A stretch of DNA of 45,618 nt from Candidatus Nitrososphaera maunauluensis (GTDB taxonomy: Archaea; Thermoproteota; Nitrososphaeria; Nitrososphaerales; Nitrososphaeraceae), in assembly GCA_041156085.1 (NCBI GenBank), contig JBEVTH010000001.1, positions 7,553 through 53,170 on the forward strand. The letters run 5' to 3'. The notes below the pieces were generated by a model that was given only the letters and a program-made list of their open reading frames with translations, had not been told where the DNA came from and made no database searches. The stretch's first letter is position 1. The number at the start of each line of letters is the position of its first letter. Positions 8,828-18,432 of this stretch are shown here, in pieces. The translations under genes were made by a program, and so were the position numbers.

Positions 8828-10294
8828 CTATATGTTATTTCTTGTAAAGAATTTTTTAGTCTCCCCAAGTGTTAATACTTCTGCTGGTGCTATCTTTACG
8901 ACTACAGGTAGATCATATACAACCTTCCCTATAGATAGGCAATGGCGCTGAGGTAAGGTCTTGACTATTGATCGGATAGTTTCGTTATCTGCTAACGACA
9001 TTCTCGATATTTTATCCAAATCCGTGTCATTAGTAAAATTAAACAGAAATATATTATCTACTTGCCGGTAAATTCCATCGCCTATAGCGTCTGGTTGGTT
9101 TGTGATAAACGTTGTATAAATTCCAAAGTGTCTCATTCTTGTGACAATATCTTCCCAGTATGTATCCCTAACATAAAGATGGGCTTCTTCTGCAAATAGA
9201 AAAATAGGAGGAATCATGCCCTTCTCAAGTAGGTCAACGATTTTACTGAGAACCACTTCTACAATCATCCTTCTTACAACAGGCGTTGCTTTGGCCATAC
9301 TAATCACTATTGCAGCACCACTGTATTTTTGTGAGATCACCTTTTCAAATCTCAATCCCCCTTCATTATCATCAGCTGAAAATAAGCGTGATGATTGAAT
9401 CACATGATATCTAGAAATGAGAGCATCTCGTACAAGCTCATTGATATTCCATGTATTAATCGCGTCGCCTAAAGCTCTGATCTCTAATGTGTGTTTGTTT
9501 TCAAGAGAATCCCATATTCTGAAGAATTCACGTAAGGAGGCAGCTGGCATATCAAGCGCATTTTTGAGCATATTTGATATCGCACTCTTACCACAGTAAT
9601 CAAATGAGAATTTTAGCCCATTTCCTGGTTCAAGCACCAAGACTTGTTCCTGAATTGAAGATGGAGAGCCATCAGTATTCCATGCCAGTCCGCCATATTC
9701 ATTGTTCAAGTCGAAGACAACAACAAATGCCCCATGCTTGACTAATGTTTTCACAAGGATCTTGGAAAGGTGGGACTTGCCGGATTCTTTTTTTCCAGTA
9801 ATGATGTTTAATTTACCATCTAGGTCCTCGGCATAAACTTCAAAATCTTCGTTATCTAATCCAGCTTTACCTATTGGAATAGGAAAAACCCCTTTTCTTT
9901 CAATTAGCAAATCCAATTCAGAAACCTTTAATCGTCTCACGGTAGAGTATACTCTTGATGGTAGCCATGTTACATCATTCGATAATTTATTTGATAAATC
10001 TATGGCAGCCCTTATCTTAGCTCGGAACACTCTAGCATCTCTTATCATCTTGGAAAGAATACTGATATTGAGTGGATCATGTAGATTTTCTGTACTTGAT
10101 GCATTTACAACCTCATCCTTTACAATATCTTCGATTAAAGATTGGGATGAAAGGTACTCTTCATCGTAGATCTGAACAACCATTTTTCTATTTGTTTTTA
10201 CATCTTCAATTATCAAATAGTCACCTTTACTGGCTATCTCTGTTTTCATTGCCAACATTACTAATTCATTGCCATTCTTCGATAGAATCTTCAT
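8828..10294 (-). CDS. herA: HerA-type hexameric DNA translocase/helicase ATPase
   Basis: N-terminal barrel region, Walker A GKKESGKS, Walker B IFLFAEEAHLY, and C-terminal ..ITNQPDAI....Q.DN.FLFN......D...I......LPQRHCLSIGKVVYDLPVVVKI, which resembles the Sulfolobus HerA C-terminus. ATGA overlap with nurA. Confidence 0.85.
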   Translation of the reverse strand: MKILSKNGNELVMLAMKTEIASKGDYLIIEDVKTNRKMVVQIYDEEYLSSQSLIEDIVKDEVVNASSTENLHDPLNISILSKMIRDARVFRAKIRAAIDLSNKLSNDVTWLPSRVYSTVRRLKVSELDLLIERKGVFPIPIGKAGLDNEDFEVYAEDLDGKLNIITGKKESGKSHLSKILVKTLVKHGAFVVVFDLNNEYGGLAWNTDGSPSSIQEQVLVLEPGNGLKFSFDYCGKSAISNMLKNALDMPAASLREFFRIWDSLENKHTLEIRALGDAINTWNINELVRDALISRYHVIQSSRLFSADDNEGGLRFEKVISQKYSGAAIVISMAKATPVVRRMIVEVVLSKIVDLLEKGMIPPIFLFAEEAHLYVRDTYWEDIVTRMRHFGIYTTFITNQPDAIGDGIYRQVDNIFLFNFTNDTDLDKISRMSLADNETIRSIVKTLPQRHCLSIGKVVYDLPVVVKIAPAEVLTLGETKKFFTRNNI

Positions 10295-11337
10295 ACCGGT
10301 ATTGAGCCAAGTAAAGTTTTCCGAATATCTTCAGAAGCAATCTCTGTTACATCATAGTTACGTAACACATGACCTTTAAGACAAGATATCTCTGTGTTCG
10401 TGAACATGGAAATGTGGTGTGCAAGTCGCAATGTTTCAGGATAGCCCTGTGCTATTGAGTCATTTCCAAGTAATTTTCCTAGTGATTCATCTTTATCATA
10501 ATTAGGGTTAACAACATCTGCACGCAATACCGGACTATTGTTATTGCCAAATTTTACTAGGAGGCTATTACCCATACTATTTCGAACCAAGCTTTTGATA
10601 ATCAAGTCAACATCAATGTATGCGGGAGCCCGTATCTTTGTAAGAGGATTTGAAATCCTATCGAGAATCTTGAATCTAGTATTCTTGCTGATTCCAATGA
10701 TTGAATTTTGTTGGAGCGAGCAGTTTTCTGTTACATTCCTAATGTTTTGACTTCTGTCCTCTAACAAAGATGATTTCAATGATCCATCGACAAGAAGAAT
10801 CGATTTAGCAAAGTCTAGGGAAAGTTTTATTTGAATTGCTCTCTCAACGCGTAACCTAATCATTCGTTTTGCAAAATCACTATCTACTAAGACAAGTTTG
10901 GCTAACCTGTGATCAATTTCAGAATTTCTAATAGTTTGCTCACTTAAGTAAAACAGAATTGGTCCAATTTTGAAATGCATTATCGCCTGACCGCCTTTAG
11001 AAATCGCGATTCCAGTCTTCACGCCGTAAAGTGAACCCTCTTCTGTCTCAGCAATTTTGATCGTGCTAGAGTCAATTGCAGATACCATCGTATTATCCAC
11101 AATTGGCTGAATGGTTATTATCGGCGTTGTACTATAAGGGCTAGCCCTGATTCCCCAGCCTTCAACTGGAAAAAGATTTTTCTCATCCATAGTAAACATG
11201 ATCTTTTTGCCTTTAAGTGACTCCTTTATTTTAGATGATAAGCAATGACTTAATGATCGTTCAAATACACGTTCAAAGTCATCAGGGTTGATTCCACATG
11301 TTTGAAGATTTAATTGTCCAATCATGTTGTTCAACAA
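10291..11337 (-). CDS. nurA: NurA-domain 5'-3' nuclease
   Basis: 348 aa directly upstream of herA with a 4-nt ATGA overlap. Has an ILLVDGSL motif (NurA catalytic DGS-type) and an upstream acidic AIDSS motif. Confidence 0.7.
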   Translation of the reverse strand: MLNNMIGQLNLQTCGINPDDFERVFERSLSHCLSSKIKESLKGKKIMFTMDEKNLFPVEGWGIRASPYSTTPIITIQPIVDNTMVSAIDSSTIKIAETEEGSLYGVKTGIAISKGGQAIMHFKIGPILFYLSEQTIRNSEIDHRLAKLVLVDSDFAKRMIRLRVERAIQIKLSLDFAKSILLVDGSLKSSLLEDRSQNIRNVTENCSLQQNSIIGISKNTRFKILDRISNPLTKIRAPAYIDVDLIIKSLVRNSMGNSLLVKFGNNNSPVLRADVVNPNYDKDESLGKLLGNDSIAQGYPETLRLAHHISMFTNTEISCLKGHVLRNYDVTEIASEDIRKTLLGSIPV

Positions 11338-11436
11338 TATAATTTCGTCCTTTCTTATTAATGTTGTGCAACTTGTTCAATATGTTCAGCAACACATTTA
11401 TCTTACAGCAAAAGGTGAAGATTATTTACGCCTCTT

Positions 11437-11955
11437 ATGAGCGAATCATTAACATCCTCCTCAAATGAAGTCAAGATAAAATTAAAACATCGTGACTGGG
11501 AGGTTGAAATAACCTGTCTTGAGAGCAAGGTCAAACAGATTGTAGAAGATGTTCTTTCGGGTATTGACATATCTACAACTGTTGCTCAAGGTTTGAATAC
11601 TCAGATTGCTGAATTTCAAAGAGAGATTAACTCCTTAAAATTGCAAATTAATTCAAAGGACACATACCAAGCGCACAAAATAAACTTTATAGAAACGCAG
11701 CGCACTGATATACCAAGGAGAGGAACAACCTGTAGGAATATACTTGAAAAACTATGGTATGAAGGGTATTTCGAAAGAGAAAAGCCTCTAGGAGAAGTTC
11801 ATGAGGAGTTGTCAAGACGTGGATACAACTACGACAGGACTGCTGTATCCCATTCGCTAACAGACATGGTAAGAGAAAGTATTCTAACTAGGATTGGAAC
11901 GATGAGAAATTATAGGTATACTCAGAAGAGACCACCATCTGAATCACCATTATGA
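11437..11955 (+). CDS. hypothetical protein with a C-terminal winged-helix domain
   Basis: 172 aa with three parts: an N-terminal beta-rich module (VKIKLKHRDWEVEITCLESKVKQIVEDVL), a coiled-coil segment, and C-terminal CRNILEKLW....LGEVHEELSRRGYNYDRTAVSHSLTDMVRESILTRIG..RNYRY (wHTH-like). Confidence 0.5.
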   Translation: MSESLTSSSNEVKIKLKHRDWEVEITCLESKVKQIVEDVLSGIDISTTVAQGLNTQIAEFQREINSLKLQINSKDTYQAHKINFIETQRTDIPRRGTTCRNILEKLWYEGYFEREKPLGEVHEELSRRGYNYDRTAVSHSLTDMVRESILTRIGTMRNYRYTQKRPPSESPL

Positions 11956-12501
11956 TGTTGCACGTGTTCTTTTAACTACAATAGAATTCAACCAGTGGAT
12001 TCCAGTCGTAGTAATTCTATAAACGATTTGGGATCCAATTTCGTCTTTTACAGTAAATCTTACCACATGTCCTGCCTTTACCAACTCAGATAGTCTTGAG
12101 CTAGCTGATTTTGGATTGAGGGAAGTACTAGATTGAATTTCAGATGCTTGCATCGCATCATCTGGAATCTTGCCAATATCTTTTGCAATTTTTGATGCTA
12201 TCAATTGCAACGCAACCATTTCTTTATCAGATAATTTTTTCAATCCTGATTCATCTAAATCTGGAATTACTCTAGGACCTTCTGGAGTGATTTTAATTAG
12301 ATTTGCATATATCTCAATGAGTTCAGTAGCCGCATAATTTAAAGAAATCTTTTTTGCTAGATCTAATGTTGGAACCTGTTTAGCTATGAAGTTAATTACT
12401 GATGTTAGGACTGAATCTATAGAGCCATTGAATTGTACCCTTACATCTCCAACAGTTATTGATACATTAATATTCACTGTATTTTTATCATTGTCAGACA
12501 T
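11950..12501 (-). CDS. hypothetical protein with a C-terminal winged-helix domain (apparent paralogue of 11437-11955)
   Basis: 183 aa. N-terminal VNINVSITVGDVRVQFNGSIDSVLTSVINFI and C-terminal LNPKSASSRLSELVKAGHVVRF......IVYRITTTGIHWL (wHTH-like). Converges on the neighbouring gene and overlaps it by 6 nt. Confidence 0.5.
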   Translation of the reverse strand: MSDNDKNTVNINVSITVGDVRVQFNGSIDSVLTSVINFIAKQVPTLDLAKKISLNYAATELIEIYANLIKITPEGPRVIPDLDESGLKKLSDKEMVALQLIASKIAKDIGKIPDDAMQASEIQSSTSLNPKSASSRLSELVKAGHVVRFTVKDEIGSQIVYRITTTGIHWLNSIVVKRTRATS

Positions 12502-12940
12502 TTTACCACCTAATGCGATGAAGGTTATTAACTAGTCCTCCTATATTCCAACTAGAGATATACGTACGTTATATACACGTTCTTCTTTTCTGAGTAATGA
12601 TATAGATAAACGCCGAGAAATTCTCTGAGTATCGATCTTTCTTGGTTCGATCATATCAACAATCTCAAATATCAGATAAGTGTTAAACAAACTTTTATAA
12701 AATCTTTTTTTAGCTATATGCGTCATTAAAATCGAAAGATCCGGAATAATATAACAATTTTTTACACCCCAGTATCTCGGATCGCCAGGAGTAATACGGA
12801 TATCTAAATTATGATATAATTTCAGCTATTTTAGATTAGATAACCGTAAACACAATATAGATGAAAAAATCCTAAGCTGTCCAAGGTGTTAGAAAATTAA
12901 ATCTTCAATTTCAGAAAAAATTCAAGCATACTATTCTTAT

Positions 12941-13951
12941 ATGAATTCTATTGTTATAATGCATGATTTCTTTATTGATAGAATAATAAAGTTAAAATCA
13001 AGGGAAGAATTTATTCATACTTTAACTGAAAAGACTAAGTTTGGTGGCGGCAGTATCCGAGGCGTTCCTACTGTGGATATCAAAGGTGGGAATGCGGTAA
13101 ATATTGCATACTGTCTTGCTGAACTAGGCGTAAAGGTTAGTCTTTTTACGATTTCAGATGAAATTGGTTCATCTATACTTAAACATAAGTTTTCAAAATT
13201 TGGAGAAAATGCAGATCTGCATATTATAGATGGAAAACATGGCCTTACTACAGCATTTGAATTTCTTAATGAAAAAAGTTTTAAAGCAAATGTAATGGTA
13301 AGCGACATTGGAGATAATGGAAATTTTGGTCCTGATAGGATTAATTCTGAAGAAGATATGAAAATTTTGAAAAATGCTGATGCAGTTGTCGTTGTGAATT
13401 GGGCTAGCAATTCAAAGGGAACTCAACTAATCGAACACGTTTTCAAAAACTCACCAAAGGCGCTTCATTTTATTGATCCTGCAGATATTGAAAGCAGAAA
13501 ACAGGAATTTCTAGATTTATTATCAAATCTGGGTGGCATTATTGATATTCTGAGTATGAATGAAAATGAATGCAATTCTCTCGGTAATGCTGCAGGCTTT
13601 AATGCTCTCATACCCTCATATAATTATACTTCGACAGAGGTGAAAAATGCTGCAGCAAATCTTGCAGAGAAAATTGGAGTTACCGTTGATCTTCATACGA
13701 GAATCGGATCAGCGTGGTCAAACGGTAAAGAAACTATATTTGCTGATGCAATCAAAGTTGAAGCAAAAACACTGACTGGCGCTGGTGATTCTTGGGACGC
13801 GGCGGATATAATAGGATATTTAGCTGGGTTCGATACGATGGAACGATTAGTATTCTCCAATGCATATGCTTCACTTTATATAGGAAATCCTTCTGTAGAG
13901 CCAGTAACTATTAAAGATGTTTTTGAATTCTTAAAAAATTTGGATATTTAA
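12941..13951 (+). CDS. PfkB-family carbohydrate/nucleoside kinase (ribokinase-like)
   Basis: GG.A.N.A..LA.LG near the N-terminus and the TLTGAGDSWDAA anion-hole/catalytic motif near the C-terminus. Confidence 0.8.
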   Translation: MNSIVIMHDFFIDRIIKLKSREEFIHTLTEKTKFGGGSIRGVPTVDIKGGNAVNIAYCLAELGVKVSLFTISDEIGSSILKHKFSKFGENADLHIIDGKHGLTTAFEFLNEKSFKANVMVSDIGDNGNFGPDRINSEEDMKILKNADAVVVVNWASNSKGTQLIEHVFKNSPKALHFIDPADIESRKQEFLDLLSNLGGIIDILSMNENECNSLGNAAGFNALIPSYNYTSTEVKNAAANLAEKIGVTVDLHTRIGSAWSNGKETIFADAIKVEAKTLTGAGDSWDAADIIGYLAGFDTMERLVFSNAYASLYIGNPSVEPVTIKDVFEFLKNLDI

Positions 13952-14366
13952 TTAAAAATGTGTAATTAAGCGGTGTTTACATTATGATCAATTGTTTGAA
14001 TAATGACTTTGACTTTGAATTATATTTTTCATTTTTTAATCTACGATAGTTTTTTGCTAATTGAAACATGATGTTGTGTATACAGATTTTGTTTATGATG
14101 TAATAGATTCAAAGCCAGAGGACAAGAGTAGTTTTATAGATCAGTTAATACAATACATAACAAAGCGTGTCGTTTCTAAAATATCGGCTTATGAGGATAA
14201 GAAGGATAACTAAAAACAAAGTATATATTCTATTGCGTTATCTTGTGTTTTTATATTTTAAATTTAAGATCAAGTTAGGATGGTACTAAAAATGACACAA
14301 AGATTGATAAATCAAGGGTGCATAGAATTTATCCTTTATTTCAATCATCCTTTTTATTTTAAAGAC

Positions 14367-15899
14367 TTACTGTGGTTCTATTGTTGCAGGTGGTTTGCTT
14401 GAAACAGCATAGGTAACCCACGTCACACCTTCGACCTCGTTTGTGATTCTATCGCTAATCTTTTCAATTAATTCATAAGGCAATCTAGTCCAATCAGCAG
14501 TCATTGCATCAACAGAATCTATGACTCGAATTATTACAATCTTACCATAAGCACGCTCGTCTCCCAAAACTCCTACTGCTCTGTCATCTCCTACTGCAGC
14601 AAATGCTTGCCATACTTTGTCATATAATCCAGCCACATCCAATTCTTCTTCTACAATCTTACTTGCATCTTTAGCAATCCGTAACTTCCTGGCGGTCACT
14701 TCTCCAATTACTCTAACTGCTAAGCCGGGACCCGGATAAGGATGTCTCTTCAAGAATTCATCTGGGACGCAAAGCAATTTTGCAACTTTTCGAACTTCAT
14801 CTTTGTATAAACTACTCAATGGCTCAAGCACTTTTAAATTGAGCCATTTTGGAAGACCACCAACATTATGATGTGTTTTAATAATTGCTGCTGGTCCTTT
14901 TGAAATCCCACTTTCAATCACATCAGGATAAAGAGTTCCTTGTGCAAGCCACTGAAATGGTCCGTTCTTTTTTGCAACATTCACAAATACATTCGCGAAC
15001 TCTTCGCCTACCGCCTTGCGTTTCTTTTCGGGATCGCTGACTCCTTTTAATCTCTGGAAAAACTGTTTCTCTGCATCAACATAGTTTACATGAATTCCTA
15101 GCCGATTTTTGAAAAGCTGCATGATTAGCTTTTCTTCATCTTGTCTTAACAACCCATGATTGACAAACACACACTGTAAGTTATTGCCTATAGCCCTGTG
15201 CAATAAAGCTGCGACAGTAGTAGAATCAATTCCTCCACTTACTGCACAAAGAACTTTATCATTTCCAACCTCCCTTCGAATATTCTTAATAGTCATGTCT
15301 ATAAAACTTTCCATATTCCAGGTTGGTTTTGCGCTGCTGATATTCTGGGAAAAATTCTTCAAGATCTCAGTTCCTTTGTCTGTATGGACCACCTCTGGAT
15401 GAAATTGAATTCCATAGAATTTTCTTTCCTGATTCCCTATTGCTGCTGAGAAGGAACTATTTGTATGGCCTAATACTTTGAAGCCTTCGGGCATCTTCTC
15501 TGCAGTATCACCGTGACTCATCCAACATTTTATTTTACTATCTAACCGGTCAAATAGATCAGATTTGTCATCAATAATTAGATCAGCGCGTCCGTATTCT
15601 CTACTCATCGATCTTTTGATCTTACCCCCAAAATTATCTACAATTAATTGATGACCATAACAAATTCCTAAAATTGGGTATCCGAGTTGGAAGATCTCCA
15701 TGTCAGGTTTTGGTGAACCCTTTGAATAAACACTTGCAGGACCGCCAGAGAAAATTATTCCCTTTGGACCCATTTCTTTAATTATTTTGGCTGGTGTATT
15801 GTAAGGCAAAAGCTCACAATACACATTTCCTTCACGTATCTTTCTGCATATTAAGTGACTATATTGAGACCCAAAATCTAGGACTACTATTTTGTCCAT
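14367..15899 (-). CDS. guaA: GMP synthase (glutamine-hydrolysing), fused GATase + ATP-pyrophosphatase
   Basis: GATase triad region GICYGHQL...HPE, PP-loop SGGIDSTV, and the C-terminal dimerisation domain ...KPPATIEPQ. 510 aa. Confidence 0.95.
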   Translation of the reverse strand: MDKIVVLDFGSQYSHLICRKIREGNVYCELLPYNTPAKIIKEMGPKGIIFSGGPASVYSKGSPKPDMEIFQLGYPILGICYGHQLIVDNFGGKIKRSMSREYGRADLIIDDKSDLFDRLDSKIKCWMSHGDTAEKMPEGFKVLGHTNSSFSAAIGNQERKFYGIQFHPEVVHTDKGTEILKNFSQNISSAKPTWNMESFIDMTIKNIRREVGNDKVLCAVSGGIDSTTVAALLHRAIGNNLQCVFVNHGLLRQDEEKLIMQLFKNRLGIHVNYVDAEKQFFQRLKGVSDPEKKRKAVGEEFANVFVNVAKKNGPFQWLAQGTLYPDVIESGISKGPAAIIKTHHNVGGLPKWLNLKVLEPLSSLYKDEVRKVAKLLCVPDEFLKRHPYPGPGLAVRVIGEVTARKLRIAKDASKIVEEELDVAGLYDKVWQAFAAVGDDRAVGVLGDERAYGKIVIIRVIDSVDAMTADWTRLPYELIEKISDRITNEVEGVTWVTYAVSSKPPATIEPQ

Positions 15900-15908
15900 G
15901 TTATTATC

Positions 15909-16589
15909 TTATCTACCGATCTTTTCGATCATCCTTGTAGTGACCCAAGTAAAAGTATTAAATATCTCGCTAAGTCGTTCATCTTCTCTGTAATTCTTTA
16001 TAAGAATTCTTTTAATTAAACCGCTACTATCTTCTTCGATCCGATAACTGAATGACTCTGACTCTCCAATTTGACTATGGCTTACTTTTTCTACATCCTT
16101 CGTTTTCATCCCTTCCAGAATTCTATTTAAAAAGAATGACTTGAAAGGTGGAGTATTAACATTCAGATCAATCCCTTCTACTGGAGAAATTTCAACACTG
16201 TGTGGTGATATTTCAGCATTGGCCAGTAACAAATTGTCCTTAAGTCGTTTTAATGGCTTAGTTTCTCGGAATTCTATCGTATCGGTTTGTTGACTCCCAT
16301 TAGGAAAAGTTTCTATGGTGTCATTACTGGCATCAGTTGTAGCGCTCTCCTGTCTTAAAGGGGTTGAAATTTTTGTGGAAGTATTAGATGTCCGAGATAT
16401 TGGTGACAGAGTATAGGAAGAACCAAGAGTAGAAGCAGCTTTAAAGCTACTCTGTTTTAGAAGACTATCAATAAGTGAAAGAATAATACGTAACCTTTCA
16501 ACTTCATCTTGTTTATCTGAAATCTGTTTGATGAGCCATTCACGTATCTCAGCAGCACTTCTGACATCCTCTTCAGAATAGTTGGACAT
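15909..16589 (-). CDS. hypothetical protein (coiled-coil N-terminus, S/T-rich linker, about 120-aa C-terminal domain), probably co-transcribed with guaA
   Basis: The ORF is open to the ATG at 16673, but those first 28 codons read like AT-rich promoter. The ATG at 16589 (MSNYSEED..) has ttattatat about 31 nt upstream. The ORF ends 9 nt before the guaA start. Confidence 0.5.
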   Translation of the reverse strand: MSNYSEEDVRSAAEIREWLIKQISDKQDEVERLRIILSLIDSLLKQSSFKAASTLGSSYTLSPISRTSNTSTKISTPLRQESATTDASNDTIETFPNGSQQTDTIEFRETKPLKRLKDNLLLANAEISPHSVEISPVEGIDLNVNTPPFKSFFLNRILEGMKTKDVEKVSHSQIGESESFSYRIEEDSSGLIKRILIKNYREDERLSEIFNTFTWVTTRMIEKIGR

Positions 16590-16753
16590 TTGTAATTCGT
16601 CTTTACATAAAACGATATAATAATTTTTCATATGAATATCAAATTGAATGAGCAGCACGAATAAACAAAGCATTGGAGGAGTTTATTTCGTATTCTATGA
16701 GGACTAAAATAACCCACTTTTGAACAGTGAGTGGATGATAGAATTGATAGTGA

Positions 16754-17062
16754 TTATAAAATGTGCACAATTATTCCATTGAAATTGTCAGCCCAAAATG
16801 AGCAATGCAAACATGCTGTATCCCAGCTTGGATCAAACATAAATTGACATAAAGTTATAGACCATTAGTTGACATCTTCCATCAAAAAGATCTGACAAAG
16901 ACTCTTCCCGTTCGGTCCCTCAAAGAAATACTCTTTATAACTACTATCAAAAGAAGATCGCGTCGCTGCTGGCTAAGATGGTCGCGCAAGATTGTAAACT
17001 CTTTTTTCCTTGTTGAGCAGTGCCTTGCGAGACTTGACCCATTCTTTCACGGTTCTAGACAT
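16754..17062 (-). pseudogene. decayed, truncated DUF899 (thioredoxin-like) pseudogene
   Basis: Reading the minus strand from the ATG at 17062 gives MSRTVKEWVKSRKALLNKEKRVYNLAR.. (frame A). Then come DHLSQQRRDL (frame shifted), YKEYFFEGPNGK, SLSDLFDGRCQLMVYNFM (another frame), and FMFDPSWDTACLHCSFWADNFNGIIVHIL. This follows the DUF899 consensus (W...R..LL..EK......D.....RR.LP....Y.F.GP.G...L.DLFdGr.QL..yHFMF.P.W...C..CS..AD) but has at least 2 in-frame stops and several frameshifts. Only about the first 100 aa are present. Confidence 0.6.
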
Positions 17063-17714
17063 TGTTCCATCTTCCTCTCTTTGTTTTCAATATATTCCTT
17101 CAATGAGTCCAAGTGTTCAGCTATGTTAGACGGTATCACTTCCTTATTTTTGTGCAATAACATAATCTGTTATCATAAGATAATGCTTTCCAAGGTGAAC
17201 CTATAGTATATTCTATAATTATATAAATAGTTAAATGTTTAAGCGTTTCATGTCTAATAAACCAACAGTCAGCTCGAAGCAATATGAAATGTTTTCCGTT
17301 TGTAAGGAAGAAAAATGAGCCAGCGCATAGTTACAAAGGATATAATGCTTATAGACTATCAAAATGCAAAGACAATGCTATCGGAAGAGATGCAATAAAG
17401 CGGAGATAGGTATAGAAATAAAGAATTGGTAGATAGTCTATAACTTAATTCGAAAATGAGGTTTACTCGATTCATGTTTTTGCTATGACAAAACTAGTAC
17501 CCAACTTCTCCAGTAATAACCACTTATGTTCATCCATCATACGTCTGTTATAAACAATGTTAATCCTCTTTTGCACTTGGGTTATACTCATATGTCCAAG
17601 ATCAAGTGATTACTTGAAAGGTTACAGAATTGGATACCATTGGTATAGTAAGAACACTACTATCCCTTGTTGCTTCGAGATTGTACGATATCTCCTGGTG
17701 GAAAAAGGCAATGA

Positions 17715-18062
17715 TTATGACATATGTTTTTCAGCTATCACTGACATCTTTTTATCCAGTTCAAGCATATTCTCATTTAGTAAAACTATTTTATTCAAAA
17801 GATCATCATGATGTTTAGCAAATGTCTCTAGGTGCATTAAAATGTGTGCATTCTTTTGCTCAAGTTCGTTAACTCGTTGTAAAACATGATCTTGCTTAAG
17901 AGATGTCTTATTCTGTCGATTATATACCCACCAGGTTATTACAGCCCCAATCACGGCACCTACCACTATGCCCAAATACGTACTTGAAGAATTTGTCATA
18001 TCAATACAATCTTTAGCAATTTCTGGTATACACCCCCATATTGCAAAAATTGGCATCCACAT
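17715..18062 (-). CDS. hypothetical membrane protein with a C-terminal coiled coil
   Basis: 115 aa. One clear TM segment (LGIVVGAVIGAVITWWVY) followed by a heptad-like helical tail. Confidence 0.45.
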   Translation of the reverse strand: MWMPIFAIWGCIPEIAKDCIDMTNSSSTYLGIVVGAVIGAVITWWVYNRQNKTSLKQDHVLQRVNELEQKNAHILMHLETFAKHHDDLLNKIVLLNENMLELDKKMSVIAEKHMS

Positions 18063-18432
18063 AATATGACATCAATGATGTCAATTATTATAATATTTTA
18101 TTATAATTTTTCATAAATAACACGGGTCAAAAGCCTGAATCACCTTTTTGTGTTTATTTTGATGATTGCTGCCATAACATGTAACACATATTCTTTTGAT
18201 TTAAGTCTAATGCAGATAACTATGCTTATGGTGTCACTATTAACTCAACAACATATTTAGATCATGGCATCGGTAAGAGTGCTGGCTCTATTGCTGTTGT
18301 ACATTCTGCTCTTCTTCTGCTTCTTTTTGCTACAATGATTTTGGATTATGGCTCTAATATTTAACTAGTGTGACATCGATAACATAAATTTGATTGTAGA
18401 AACACAAGTCAGTACAGAGTCTGCTCAGTAAA

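Noticed and set aside
8828-11337. herA-nurA as a novel anti-phage system
   Set aside because: Both proteins look like the ordinary archaeal end-resection pair, with a Sulfolobus-like HerA C-terminus and a NurA DGS motif. There are no extra effector genes. I kept this only as a synteny observation.
18067-18083. Inverted repeat TGACATC-AAT-GATGTCA just upstream of the 17715-18062 gene
   Set aside because: The arms are only 7 bp, there is a single occurrence, and it is within chance expectation.
18150-18260. C/D-box sRNA candidates (a TGATGA-like box at about 18157, and others in intergenic regions)
   Set aside because: I could not find a complete C / D' / C' / D arrangement (RUGAUGA ... CUGA at the right spacing) by eye. 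It needs a dedicated snoRNA scan.
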